Assembly (NCBI RefSeq): GCF_902713615.1
Contig: NC_052162.1
Coordinates: 103,195,811 to 103,259,810 of the forward strand
Direction of reading: 5' to 3'
DNA length: 64,000 bases
DNA from: Scyliorhinus canicula
Lineage: Eukaryota
Notes under the pieces: generated by a model
Told to the model about the DNA's origin: nothing
What the model saw: the letters and a program-made list of their open reading frames with translations, nothing else
Databases searched by the model: none
Shown here: piece after piece, positions 34,461 to 46,952 of the stretch
Layout: every line of letters starts with the position of its first letter
Numbering within the stretch: position 1 is the stretch's first letter
Made by a program: the position numbers and the translations under genes

Positions 34461-35040
34461 ATTGGCTGTTCCGGGGAGGTTTGCATACGTGCAGTGCGGT
34501 CAGCGTAAGTTGACGGTGTACCTGCGCAAGTGACCCGAGGAATTCGAGTGAAGGCAAGCATCCAGCAGAGGGCAGCAGAGCAGAGCTTCTGATTGGCTGT
34601 TCTGGGGAGATTTGCATACGTGCAGTGCGGTTAGCGTAAATTGACGGTGCACTTGCGCAAGTGACCCGAGGAGTTTGAGTGAAGGCAAGCATCCAGCAGA
34701 GGGCAGCAGAGCAGAGCTTCTGATTGGCTGTTCTGGGGAGATTTGCATACGTGCAGTGCGGTCAGCGTAAGTTGACGGTGTACCTGCGCAAGTGACCCGA
34801 GGAGTTCGAGTGAAGGCAAGCATCCAGCAGAGGGCAGCAGAGCAGAGCTTCTGATTGGTTGTTCTGGGGAGATTTGCATACGTGCAGTGCGGTCAGCGTA
34901 AGTTGAAGGTGTACCTGCGCAAGTGACCCGAGGAGTTCGAGTGAAGGCAAGCATCCAGCAGAGGGCAGCAGAGCAGAGCTTCTGATTGGCTGTTCTGGGG
35001 AGATTTGCATACGTGCAGTGCGGTCAGCGTAAGTTGAAGG
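34461..35040 (+). repeat. 131-bp tandem monomer array (~4.4 copies) forming the CR1 no.3 5' end
   Basis: Units start at 34461, 34592, 34723, 34854 and 34985; ATTGG in each, ATTTGCAT in four of five. Confidence 0.95.
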
Positions 35041-38000
35041 TGGTTTGTGAAGGGGCTGTTCTCGAGTGACAGCTTTACCCAAAACACTACTTACGTAGTG
35101 TCTCCCACCCATCCTCCTCCACTAACCAAAAAAAAAAGTTCTGTCCATCGGATTGCTAAACTAACAAGTTTTTTATTAAAAAAATATCGTTTTCAGTAGT
35201 TGGGAAGTTAGTTCAGTGGGAATGGAGGATAGGGCAGTTGAATGTTCCTCCTGCAGAATGTGGGAGGAAAGGGTCACCTCGAGTGTCCCTGCTGGCTACG
35301 TCTGCGGGAAGTGCACCCAACTCCAGCTCCTCGAGAACCGCGTTAGGGAGCTGGATGAACTTCGGATCATTCGGGAGGCGGAGGGCGTTATTGAGAGGAG
35401 TTATAGGGAGGTAGTCACACCTCAGCTAAAAGAAGAAGGTAGATGGGTTACCATCAGGGAAACGAGGGGGAACCGGCAGGCAGTGCAGGGGATCTGTGGT
35501 CGGTCCCCTCAATAACAAGTATACCGTTTTGGATACTGTTGGGGGGACGACTTACCAGGGGTAAGCAATGGGGCACAGGTCTCTGGCACAGAGTCTGTCC
35601 CTGTTGCTCAGAAGGGAAGGGAGAAGAGGAACAGAGCACAGGGTACTCCATAGTTAGAGGTGGTTCTGTGGGAACGAAAGAGACTCACGGTTGGTGTGTT
35701 GCCTCCCAGGTGCCAGGGTTCATGATGTCTCTGATCGTGTTTTGGGGATCCTTAAGGGGGAGGGGGAGCAGCCCCAAGTCGTGGTCCACATAGGTACCAA
35801 CGACATCGGTAGGAAGAGAGATGGGGATTTGAGACAGAAATTCAGGGAGCTAGGGTGGAAGCTGAGAGCTAGAACAAACAGAGTTGTTATCTCTGGGTTG
35901 TTACCCGTGCCACGTGCTAGCGAAGTGAGAAATAAGGAGAGAGAGGAGTTGAACACGTGGCTACAGGGATGGTGCAGGAGGGAGGATTTTGGTTTCCTGG
36001 ATAATTGGGGCTCATTCTGGGGTGGGTGGGACGTCTACAAACAGGATGGTCTTCACCTGAACTAGAGGGGTACCAATATTCTGGGGGGGGGAGATTTGCT
36101 AGTGCTCTTCGGAGGGGTTTAAACTAATTCAGCAGGGGGATGGGAACCTAAATTGTAGTCCCAGTGTACAGGATGTTGAGAGTAGTGAGGTCAGGGATAG
36201 GGTTAAAAGTTCGAAAGAGGGCACCGGCAAGCAAGATGCTGGTTTGAAGTGTGTCTACTTCAACGCCAGGAGCATCCGGAATAAGGTGGGTGAGCTTGCA
36301 GCATGGGTTGGTACCTGGGATCTCGATGTTGTGCTGATTTCGGAGACATGGGTAGAGCAGGGACAGGAATGGTTGTTGCAGGTTCCAGGATTTAGATGTT
36401 TCTGTAAGAACAGAGAAGATGGTAAAAGAGGGGGGGGGTGTGGCATTGTTAATCAAGGAAAGTATTACGGCGGCAGAAAGGACGTTTGAGGACTCGTCTA
36501 CTGAGGAAGTATGGGCCGAGTTAGGAACAGGAGAGGAGAGGTCACCCTGTTGGGAGTTGTCTATAGACCTCCGAATAGTTCCAGAGATGTAGAGGAAAGG
36601 ATAGAAAAGATGATTCTCGACAGGAGCGAGAATAACAGGGTAGTTGTTATGGGGGACTTTAACTTTCCAAATATTGACTGGAAATACTATAGTTCGAGTA
36701 CTTTCGATGGGTCAGTTTTTGTGCAGTGTGTGCAGGAGGGTTTTCTGACACAGTATGTAGATAGGCCAACAAGGGGCGATGCCACATTGGATTTGGTACT
36801 GGGTAATGAACCCGACCAGGTTTTAGATTTAGATGTAGGTGAGCACTTTGGTGATAGTGATCACAATTCGGTTATGTTTACTTTAGCGATGGGCAGGGAT
36901 AGGTATATACCGCAAGGCAAGAATTATAGCTGGGGGAAAGACAATTATGATGCTATTCGGCAAGATTTAGGATGTATAGGTTGGGGAAGGAAACTGCAGG
37001 GGATGGGTACAATCGAAATGTGGAGCTTTTTCAAGGAACAGCTACTGCGTGTCCTTGATAAGTATGTACCTGTCAGGCAGGGAGGAAGTTGTCGAGCAAG
37101 GGAACCGTGGTTTACTAAGGATGTTGAAGCACTTGTCAAGAGGCAGAAGAAGGCTTATGTTAGGATGAGACATGAAGGCTCAGTTAGAGCACTTGAGAGT
37201 TACAAGTTAGCCAGGAAGGACCTAAAGGGAGAGTTAAGACGAGCGAGGAGAGGACACGAAAAGTCGTTGGCGGATAGGATCAAGGAAGACCCTAAGGCTT
37301 TCTATAGGTATATCAGGAACAAAAGAATGACAAGAGTAACATTAGGGCCAATCAAGGATAGTAGTGGAAAGTTGTGTGTGGAATCAGAGGAGATAGAAGC
37401 GTTAAATGGATATTTTTCGTCAGTGTTTACACTGGAGAAAGACAATGTTGTCGAGGAGAATACTCAGGTACAGTCGGCCAGGCTAGATGGGATTGAGGTT
37501 CACAAGGAGGAGGTGTTAGCAATTTTGGAAAGTGTAAAAATAGATAAGTCCCCTGGGCCAGATGGGATTTATCCTAGGATTCTCTGGGAAGCCAGGGAGG
37601 AGATTGCAGAGCCTTTGTCCTTGATCTTTATTTTGTCTTTGTCGACAGGAATAGTGCCGGAAGACTGGAGGATAGCAAATGTTGTCCCCTTGTTCAAGAA
37701 GGGGAGTAGAGACAACCCTGGTAATTATAGACCTGTGAGCCCTACTTCGGTTGTGGGTAAAATGTTGGAAAAGGTTATAAGAGATAGGGTTTATAATCAT
37801 CTTGAAAAGAACAAGTTGATTAGCGATACTCAACACGGTTTTGTGAAGGGTAGGTCATGCCTCACAAACCTTATTGAGTTTTTTGAGAAGGTGACCAAAC
37901 AGGTGGATGAGGCTAAAGCGGTTGATGTGGTGTATATGGATTTCAGTAAGGCGTTTGATAAGGTTCCCCACGGTAGGCTATTGCAGAAAATACAGAAGTA

Positions 38001-39090
38001 TGGGATTGAAGGTGATTTAGCGGTTTGGATCAGTAATTGGCTAGCTGAAAGAAGACAGAGAGTGGTGGTTGATGGCAAATGTTCATCCTGGAGTTCAGTT
38101 ACTAGTGGTGTCCCGCAAGGATCTGTTCTGGGGCCACTGCTGTTTGTCATTTTTATAAATGACCTGGAAGAGGGTGTAGAAGGATGGGTTAGTAAATTTG
38201 CAGATGACATGAAGGTCGGTGGAGTTGTGGATAGTGCTGAAGGATGTTATAGGATACAGAGGGACATAGATAAGCTGCAGAGCTGGGCTGAGAGGTGGCA
38301 GATGGAGTTTAATGCGGAAAAGTGTGAGGTGGTTCACTTTGGAAGGAGTAACAGGAATGCAGAGTACTGGGCTAATGGCAAGATTCTTGGCAGTGTAGAT
38401 GAACAGAGAGATCTCGGCATCCAGGTACATAAATCCCTGAAAGTTGCCACCCAGGTTAATAGGGCTGTTAAGAAGGCATATGGTGTGCTAGCCTTTATCA
38501 GTAGGGGGATTGAGTTTCGGGACCACGAGGTCATGCTGCAGCTGTACAAAACTCTGGTGCGGCCGCACCTGGAGTACTGCGTGCAGTTCTGGTCACCACA
38601 TTATAGGAAGGATGCGGAAGCTTTGGAAAGGGTTCAGAGGAGATTTACTAGGATGTTGCCTGGTATGGAGGGAAGGTCTTACGAGGAAAGGCTCAGGGAC
38701 TTGAGGTTGTTTTTGTTAGAGAGGAGAAGGCTGAGAGGTGACTTAATAGAGACATATAAGATAGTCAGAGGGTTAGATAGGGTGGACAGTGAGAGTCTTT
38801 TTCCTCGGATGGTGATGACCAACACGAGGGGACATAGATTTAAATTGAGGGGGGTAGATATAGGACAGATGTCAGAGGCAGTTTCTTTACTCAGAGAGTA
38901 GTAGGGGTGTGGAACGGCCTGCCTGCAACAGTAGTAGACTCGCCAAATTTAAGGCATTTATGTGGTCACTGGATAGACATATGGATGAAAATGGAATAGT
39001 GTAGGTCAGATAGGCTTCAGATGGTTTCACGGGTCGGCGCAACATCGAGGGCCGAAGGACCCGCACTGCGCTGTAATGTTCTGTGTTCTA
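34461..39090 (+). mobile_element. CR1 LINE no.3, full length, with a 796-aa ORF2 segment
   Basis: ORF1 CSSC...CGKC (35216) and esterase (35691-36065); ORF2 36244-36489 plus 36511-38901 with EN (GDFNFP, SDH) and RT ([14 protein letters not shown]); 3' tail gttctgtgttcta. Confidence 0.95.
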
Positions 39091-39244
39091 AAACTTCTTA
39101 TTGTGCTCACCCCATTCCAACACCGGCATCTCCACATCGACGTTAATGTGACTCCGTAAACTTCGCTCAATGTCCATCTGACTCTCGCCCCCATTAACTC
39201 CTCATAATGCTCGGATGATTGACGGCAGCTCCGGACAAATAGGA

Positions 39245-39413
39245 AATCAAGGGGCGGGCCTGGAGGACCACAGGGGAGCATATGGTCCTCCAAATAATCT
39301 GAGATCATGAGGGGTGGGGCCAGGAGTCGAGCATGCGCAGTTTGAGTAATGGCGAAGTACTGATGTTTGTGTATTGAATGCTGCTTTGGTGAAGGAGATA
39401 AATTACGGTAAGA
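39245..39413 (+). promoter_or_regulatory. promoter and non-coding first exon, probably of the ZNF gene at 53782
   Basis: GC boxes ggggcgggcc (~39250) and ggggtggggc (~39311), NRF1-like gcatgcgca (~39331), YY1-like aatggcg, donor acg|gtaaga at 39407/39408. Confidence 0.55.
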
Positions 39414-39984
39414 AGGGAACTATTGATCCAGCGATTGGGCGGAGAGGCTTGGTAAATTTGTTGTGTAAACCGCATAAGGCGAAAATCAACTTTCCTGAAC
39501 CCTTTTTGCACAGAGCGGAGTATCAGTTTTTTTCCCCAGTTGCACACCCGAGATTTTGGCCGTCATGTTTTCAACAGACAATGTGTGGCAAGGCGCATGC
39601 GCAATTGCAAGGTCTGTGAGGGGCATTGTGCTTCTGCGTTCGGGTGCCTGCGTGGCCGCCATGCTTGTGACGGGCAGCTTCTTCAATCATTTTCCTCACA
39701 GAATGGGAAACACTGATATATCAAACTGGTTCATCTTAATGTCAGATGTAACACCAAAAATTTGAACAGTCTGGTTCGGGCATTTTTCAGGGCTAGGAAT
39801 GGAGTCACTGGTTAGGGAGTGGAGTCTGTCACAACGGCTGAAGACAATGTCTTCCCAAAATGTAAATACATTTCTGCCCGCCCAGTTTTCGATGTCGGAT
39901 CAGTCAGTTCTTCTTCAACTCTGATTGATGGGGAAATTGGAGATGATGGCCGACATCTTAAATTGCAGCAGAGATTCGTGGAGG

Positions 39985-41395
39985 CATTGAATAGAATCAA
40001 AAATTCCCTGGATTCTGAAAATTCCAGTGGATAGGGAAAAGGCTAATGTAGTACTGTTCAAAAAGGGAGAAGACCGAACGTCTGTTGTGAGCAAATTGTT
40101 GGAATCCATTATTAAAAAAGTAATAACAGGATATTTAGAAAGACAAAATGCAATCCATCAGAGTCAGCCTAGTTTAATGAAGGGTAATTAGTGTTTGGCG
40201 AATTTGCTGGAGTTCTTTAAAGATCTAACAAGTAAAATGGATAATGGAGGTCCTGTAGATATAGTGTATGTGGACTTCCAGAAGGCATTTAATAAAGTGA
40301 CGCACAAAAGGTTAATACACAAGGTAAGATCCCACGTTTTGGGGCAATATATTAACTTGAATAGAGGATTAGTCAACAAACAGAAAGCAGAGACTGGGGA
40401 TTAATGGGTCTTTTTCTGGTTGGCAAGCTGTAATTAGTGCTGTACCACAGAATTTGGTCAATGGGCCCCAATGATTTGTAATCTATTAATGATTTGGCTG
40501 CATGAATAGAATGTACGATAGCTAAATTTGTAGATGACGCAAAAATTGGTGGGAAAGGCAAGTTGCAATGAGGAAATAAGAAATTTACAAATGGATATAG
40601 ATAGTATAATAATCTTTATTAGTGTCACAAGTAGGCATATATTAACACTGCACTGAAGTTACTGTGAGAATCCCCTAGTTGGCAGATGGTATTTAACGTG
40701 GATAACTATGAGGTTATTCATTTTGGTGAGAAATAAAAAGGCAACTGATTAACTAAATGGAGAGAACCTTTGAAATGCTTTGGTGCAGAGAAATCAGGGG
40801 TCCTTGTGAACGAATTGCAGAAAGTTAGTACGCAGATGCAGTAGGTAATAAAGGCAAATCGAATTTTGGAATTCATTGATAATGGAATAGATGTTAAAAG
40901 TCCGGAAGTGCTGTTGGAACTGCATAGGGCTTGGTGAGACTGCATACAGAGTGGTGCACACTGTTTTCATCCCCTTACTTGAGGAAGGATAGAAGTGCAT
41001 CAGAAGTTTTCAGAGAAGGTTCACTGGATTGATTCCAGAGTAGAAGCGTTTGCCTTAAGAAGAGAGATTGAGCAGTTTAGGTCACTGGAGTTTCGAAGAA
41101 TGTCAGAAGATCTAATTGAGGCATACAAGGTGCAAAGGCGATCGACAGGGTATATACACAATAAGAATAATAATCACAAGAATGCTTCAATGAAGTTCTC
41201 TAGTCGCCACATTCCTGCACCTGTTCGGGGAGGCCGGTACAGGAATTGAACCCGCGCTGCTGGCATTGTTCTGCATTACAAGCCAGCTATTTAGCCCGCT
41301 GTGCTAAACCAGCCCCTCAGAGCGGATGTTTCCACTGGTTGGACATTCTAGAACAAGAAGCCAGAGTTTTAGGCTAAAGGGTGTGAGATTTAAAA
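39985..41395 (+). mobile_element. old degenerate CR1 RT fragment with SINE insertions
   Basis: NLLEFFKDLTSKMDNGGPVDIVYVDFQKAFNKV (ORF 40195); short SINE at 41160-41318 (-). Confidence 0.75.
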
Positions 41396-41765
41396 AGAAC
41401 AAAGAAATATACAGCACAGGAACAGGCCCTTTGGCCCTCCAAGCCCGTGCCAACTATGCTGCCTGTCTCAACTAAAATCTTCTACACTTCCTGGGTCCGT
41501 ATCCCTCTATTCCAATCCTATTCATGTATTTGTCAAAATGCCCCTTAAATGTCACTATCGTCCCTGCTTCCACCATCTCCTCTGGCAGCGTGTTCCAGGC
41601 TCTGTGTAAAAAAAACTTGCCACGTTAATCTCCTCTAAACCTTGCCCCTCGCACCTTCAACCTATGCTCCCTAGTAATTGACCCCTCTACCCTGGGGAAA
41701 AGCCTCTGACTATCCACTCTGTCTATGCCCCTCATAATTGTGTAGACCTCTATCAGATCGCCCCG
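41394..41765 (-). mobile_element. CR1 3'-end fragment
   Basis: Reverse complement closely matches 44745-45110. Confidence 0.85.
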
Positions 41766-42419
41766 GACATCACTTAAAGAACCCCCTCAGCCTTGGACAT
41801 GCCCAGAACATGTGGATGTTCATGGGCCCCTTCACCTGCGCCTACACATATCCTCTACCCCCGCAAAGAACCTACTCATCCTCGCCACCATCATATGAGC
41901 CTGATACACCACTTTAAACTGGATGTGGCTTAATCTCACATTTGACGAGGAAGCATTCACCCTCCGCAAGGCCTCCGCCCAGGTCTCGACCCCCAGCTCC
42001 CATTTGAACACATCGTTCCATTTACGCTTCATGTCCCCCACCAGGGCTCCCTCCCACTCCATCAACTTCTTCCAGATAACCAACACCTTCCCCTCCCCCA
42101 TTTAATCCTCCGTAAACTAATTACAGATTTTCCTGCAATCCCAGGGGCAGCAGGCCAGGAAAGGATGGCCCTCTCTCCTTACAACTCCTGAACCTGCAGG
42201 TAGGTACCTAGAGTCGTTCCTTCTGGGCAACTCGTACACTTCTCCCAGGTCCTCCAGTCCCACAAATTTGCTCCCTATAAAGAAGTCACTGAATCCCTGC
42301 ATACCGCCTGCCGCATAACCTCGCATCCAGCCCCGCCGGCACAAACCTATGGTTATTACAGATCAATACCCGCAGCAAGGACCCTCCAGCCCCAAATGCT
42401 GTCTCCACTGCTGCCACAC

Positions 42420-45110
42420 AAGATTTAGATGATTCAGGCGGGGTAGAGGGGGATATAAATGGGGTGGCAGAGTTGCACTACAGGTTAGGGAGAATATCAC
42501 AGCGGTACGACGCCTCAGCACATCTCAGAGGGCAGTGAGGCTATATGGGTAGAGATCAGGAATAAGAAGGGTGCAGTCACAATGTTGGGGGTTTACTACA
42601 GGCCTCCCAACAGCCAGCGGGAGATAGAGGAGCCAATAGTAGACAGATTTTGGAAACTAGTAAAAACAACAGGGTTGTTGTGATGGGAGACTTCAACTTC
42701 CCCAATATTGACTGGGACTCACTTCGTGCTGGGGGCTTAGACGGGGCAGAGTTTGTAAGGAGCATCCAGGAGGGCTTCTTAAAACAACATGTAGATAGTC
42801 CAACTAGGGAAGGGGCTGTACTGGATCAAGTTGGTATAAGTTATACTGGTACAAGTTTCTGTAGGGGAGCATTTCGGGAACAGTGACCACAATTCAGTAA
42901 GTTTTAAAGTGCTGGTGGACAAGGATAAAAGTGGTCCTAGGATGAATTTGCTGAATTGGGGGAAGGCTAATTATAACAATATTAGGCGGGAACTGAAGTA
43001 CCTAGATTGGGGGTGGATGTTTGAGGGTAAATCAACATCTGACACTTTCAAATGTCAGTTGAAAGGAATTCGGGACCGGCATGTTCCTGTGCGGAAGAAC
43101 GATAAATACTGCAAATTTCGGGAACCTGGGATAATGAGAGATATTGTAGGCCTCGTCAAAAAGAAAAAGGAGGCATTTGTCAGGGCTAGAAGGCTGGGAA
43201 TAGACGAAGCCTGTGTGGAATACAAGGAACGTAGGAAGGAACTTAAGCAAGGGGTCAGGAGAGCTAGAAGGGCTCATGAAAAGTCATTGGCAAATAGGGT
43301 TAAGGAATATCCCAAGGCTTTCTACACGTACATAAAAAGCAAGAGGGTAGCCAGGGAAAGGGTCGGCCCACTGAAGGCTAGGCAAGGGAATCTATGTGTG
43401 GAGCCAGAGGAAATAGGCGAGATACTAAATGAATACTTTGCATCAGTATTCACCAAAGGGAAGGAATGGTAGATGTTGAGTCTGGAGAAGGGAGTGTCGA
43501 TAGCCTGGGTCACATTGAGATCCAAAAAGACGAGGTGTTGGGCATCTTGAAAAATATTAAGGTTGATAAGTCCCCAGGGCCTGATGGGATATACCCCAGA
43601 ATACTGAATGAGCCGAGAGAGGAAATTGCTGAGGCCTTGATGGAAATCTTTGGATCCTCACAGTCTTCAGGTGATGTCCCGGAGGACTGGAGAATAGCCT
43701 ATGTTGTTCCTTTGTTTAAGAAGGGCAGCAAGGATAATCCAGGAACCTACAGGCCGGTGAGCCTTACGTCAGTGGTAGGGAAATTACTGGAGAGAATTCT
43801 TCGAGACAGGATCTCCTCCTATTTGGAAGCAAATGGACGTATTAGTGAGAAGCAGCATAGTTTTGTGAAGGGGAGGTCGTGTCTCACTAACTTGATAGAG
43901 TTTTTCGAAGAGGTCACAAAGATGATTGATGCAGGTAGGGCAGTGGATGTTGTCTACATGGACTTCAGTAAGGCCTTTGACAAGGTCCCTCATGGTAGAC
44001 TGGTACAAAAGGTGAAGTCACACGGGATCAGGGGTGAGCTGGCAAGATGGGTAGAGAACTGGCTAGGTCATAGAAGGCAGAGAGTAACAATGGAAAGGTG
44101 CTTTTCTGATTGGAGGGCTGTGACCAGTGGTGTTCCGCAGGGATCAGTGCTGGGACCTTTGCTGTTCGTAGTATATATAAATGATTTGGAGGAAAATGTA
44201 TCTGGTCTGATTAGTAAGTTTGCAGACAACACAAAGGTTGGTGGAATTGCGGATAGCGATGAGGATACAGCAGGATTTAGATCGTTTGGAGACTTGGGCG
44301 CAGAGATGGCAGATGGAGTTTAATCCGGACAAATGTGAGGTAATGCATTTTGGAAGGTCTAATGTAGGTAGGGAATGTACAGTGAATGGTAGAACCCTCA
44401 AGAGTATTGAAAGTCAGAGAGATCTAGGTGTGCAGGTCCACAGGTCACTGAAAAGGGCAACACAGGTAGAGAAGGTAGTCAAGAAGGCATACGGCTTGCT
44501 TGCCTTCATTGGCCGGGGCATTGAGTATAAGAATTGGCAAGTCATGATGCAGCTACATAGAACCTTAGTTAGGCCATACTTGGAGTATCATGTTCAATTC
44601 TGGTTGCCACACGACCAGAAAGATGTGGAGGCTTTAGAGAGGGTGCAGAAGAGATTTACCAGGATGTTTCCTGGTATGCAGGGTATTACCTATGAGGAGC
44701 AGTTGAATAAACTTCTCACTGGAACGACGGAGGTTGAGGGACGACCTGATAGAGGTCTACAAAATTATAGGGGCATAGACAGAGTGGATTGTCAGAGGCT
44801 TTCCCAGGGTAGAGGGGTAAATTACTAGGGGGCATAGGTTTAAGGTGCGAGGGGCAGGTTTAGAGGAGATGTACGAGGCATGTTTTTTACACAGAGGGTA
44901 GTGGGTGACTGGAACTCGCTGCCAGAGGAGATGGTGGAAGCAGGGACGATAGTGACATTTAAGGGGCATCTTGACAAATACATGAACAGGATGGGAATAG
45001 AGGGATACGGACCCAGGAAGTGTAGAAGATTTTAGTTTAGACGGGCAGCATGGTCGGCACAGGCTTGGAGGGCCGAAGGGCCTGTTCCTGTGCTGTACTT
45101 TTCTTTGTTC
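42420..45110 (+). mobile_element. 5'-truncated CR1 LINE (EN and RT, frameshifted) inserted in the L1
   Basis: ORF pieces 42650-42886, 42909-43472, 43466-44323, 44220-44828; tail ctgtacttttctttgttc. Confidence 0.9.
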
Positions 45111-46259
45111 GCACCCTTGGGGCCGACACCATTTGGCTCACGGAGTACCTGGCCGGTATGAACGGTTAAGTGGCATCAATAAGGCCCTAAAACACTTATC
45201 CCCAACATGATGCCACCCCTACCCGTGCGCACAACGACCTCTCCCCCATGGTCCATTTCCTTACCAGACCAATGTTTGCTGCCCAATGATAATTCTTGAT
45301 GTTCAGCAACGCCAGTTCTCTGCCACACCCACCTCGCCCCACTCCAAAAAAGCCCCGCTCACAAAAACCCAGAGATCAGTCCGTTGACCTTCCTAAAAAC
45401 CGACTTAGGAGCAAAGATTGGGAGGTTCTGAAATACAAACAGAAACCTTGCCATTTTCACTGTCTGTAGCAGCCCTGCCAACGACAGCACTTTCCACCTC
45501 TTAAGGTCCGCCTCTATCTGCTCCACCAGCCGAGACAAGTTCAGTTTAAGCAACTTGGCCCAGCTCTACGCCACCTGGATACCTAAATATCTGAAAGTCG
45601 ACCCCACCACCCGAAACGACAACACCCCGAGTCTCCTTTCCTGCCCTGTGGCCTCAATCGGGAACACCTCACCCTTTCCCATATTCAGTTTGTATCCCGA
45701 AAACCGGCCAAATTTTCCCAGGATCTCCATAATGACTCCGATGCTGCCCACCTGGTCCGAAATATATAACAGGTTGTCCTAATACAATGAGACCCTGTGT
45801 TTGGTGCCACCCCATCCCCCGCTCAATCCAATTGCCAGCTGCTCTATCACCTAGGCGAAAAGCAACGGGGAGAGTTGGCACCCCTGCCTCGTCCCACAAT
45901 GTAGCACGAAGAACCCCAAACTCACTCAGTTCGTGCCCGATACAACAGCCGGACCCAATTCACAAACCCTTGCCCAAACCGCCCCAACATCTTCAACAAA
46001 TATGCCCACTCCACCCAATCAAAAGCCTTCTCCCATCCTTCGCCTCCACCTACTGCGCCTCCGGAGGAATCATAATTACATTGAGTTGCCTCCTCACATT
46101 CGCTGACAACTGCTTTCCCTTCACAAAGCCCCTGATTCTCGCCTATCACCCCTGGCACACAGTCCTCAATTGCGATGCCAAAACCTTCGCCAACAACTTG
46201 CCGACCACATTCAGTAATGATATCGGGCAGTATGACCCACATTGCTCCGAGTCCTTGTA

Positions 46260-46952
46260 GGCGGCACAATGGTCAGCACTGTTGCTTCACAACTCCAGGG
46301 ACCCGAGTTCGATTCCCGGCTTGGGTCACTGTCTGTGTGGAGTCTGCACGTTCTCCCTGTGTCTGCGTGGGTTTGCCCTGGGAGCTCCGGATTCCTCCCA
46401 CAAGTCCTGAAAGTCATGCTCGTTGGGTGAATTGGACATTCTGAATTCTCCCTCAGTGTACCCGAACAGGTGCAGGAGTGTGGTGACGAGGGAATTTTAA
46501 CAGTAACATCATTGCAGTGTTAATGTAAGCCTACTTGTGACATTAATAAAGATTATTATTGTCCTTTAAAATCAGGGAGATGGAAGCCTGTGACTATAGA
46601 ACATAGAACAGTACAGCACAGAACAGGCCCTTCGGCCCTCGATGTTGTGCTGAGCAATGATCACCCTACTCAAACCCACGTATCCACCCTATACCCGTAA
46701 CCCAACAACCCCCCCCCCCCCCCCCCCTTAACCGTACTTTTTTTTTAGGACACTACGGGCAATTTAGCATGGCCAATCCACCTAACCCGCACGTCTTTGG
46801 ACTGTGGGAGGAAACCGGAGCACCCGGAGGAAACCCACGCACACACGGGGAGGACGTGCAGACTCCGCACAGACAGTGACCCAGCCGGGAATCGAACCTG
46901 GGACCCTGGAGCTGTGAAGCATTTATGCTAACCAACATGCTACCGTGCTGCC
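46260..46952. mobile_element. two adjacent V-SINEs (46260-46560 +, ATT tail; 46597-46952 -, CR1-type tail)
   Basis: Motif identity with the other copies. Confidence 0.85.

Larger units (their letters stand above)
34389..39139 (+). mobile_element. Penelope-type terminal repeat copy A (34389-34460 plus 39091-39139), split by CR1 no.3
   Basis: The halves join to give ggactttaacctggtg[ttgtaag]acttcttattgtgctcacccc, as in copy B. Hammerhead-like motif at 34391-34427. Degenerate 16-nt flanking duplication at 34373-34388 and 39140-39155. Confidence 0.7.

Noticed and set aside
34450-35112. Repeated 80-116-aa minus-strand ORFs (MLAFTRTPRV...)
   Set aside because: They are translations of the tandem monomer, not a gene family
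36511-38901. CR1 no.3 as a currently autonomous element
   Set aside because: ORF1 is fragmented and ORF2 has frame breaks near 36430-36510 and near its C-terminus, although some could be homopolymer sequencing errors
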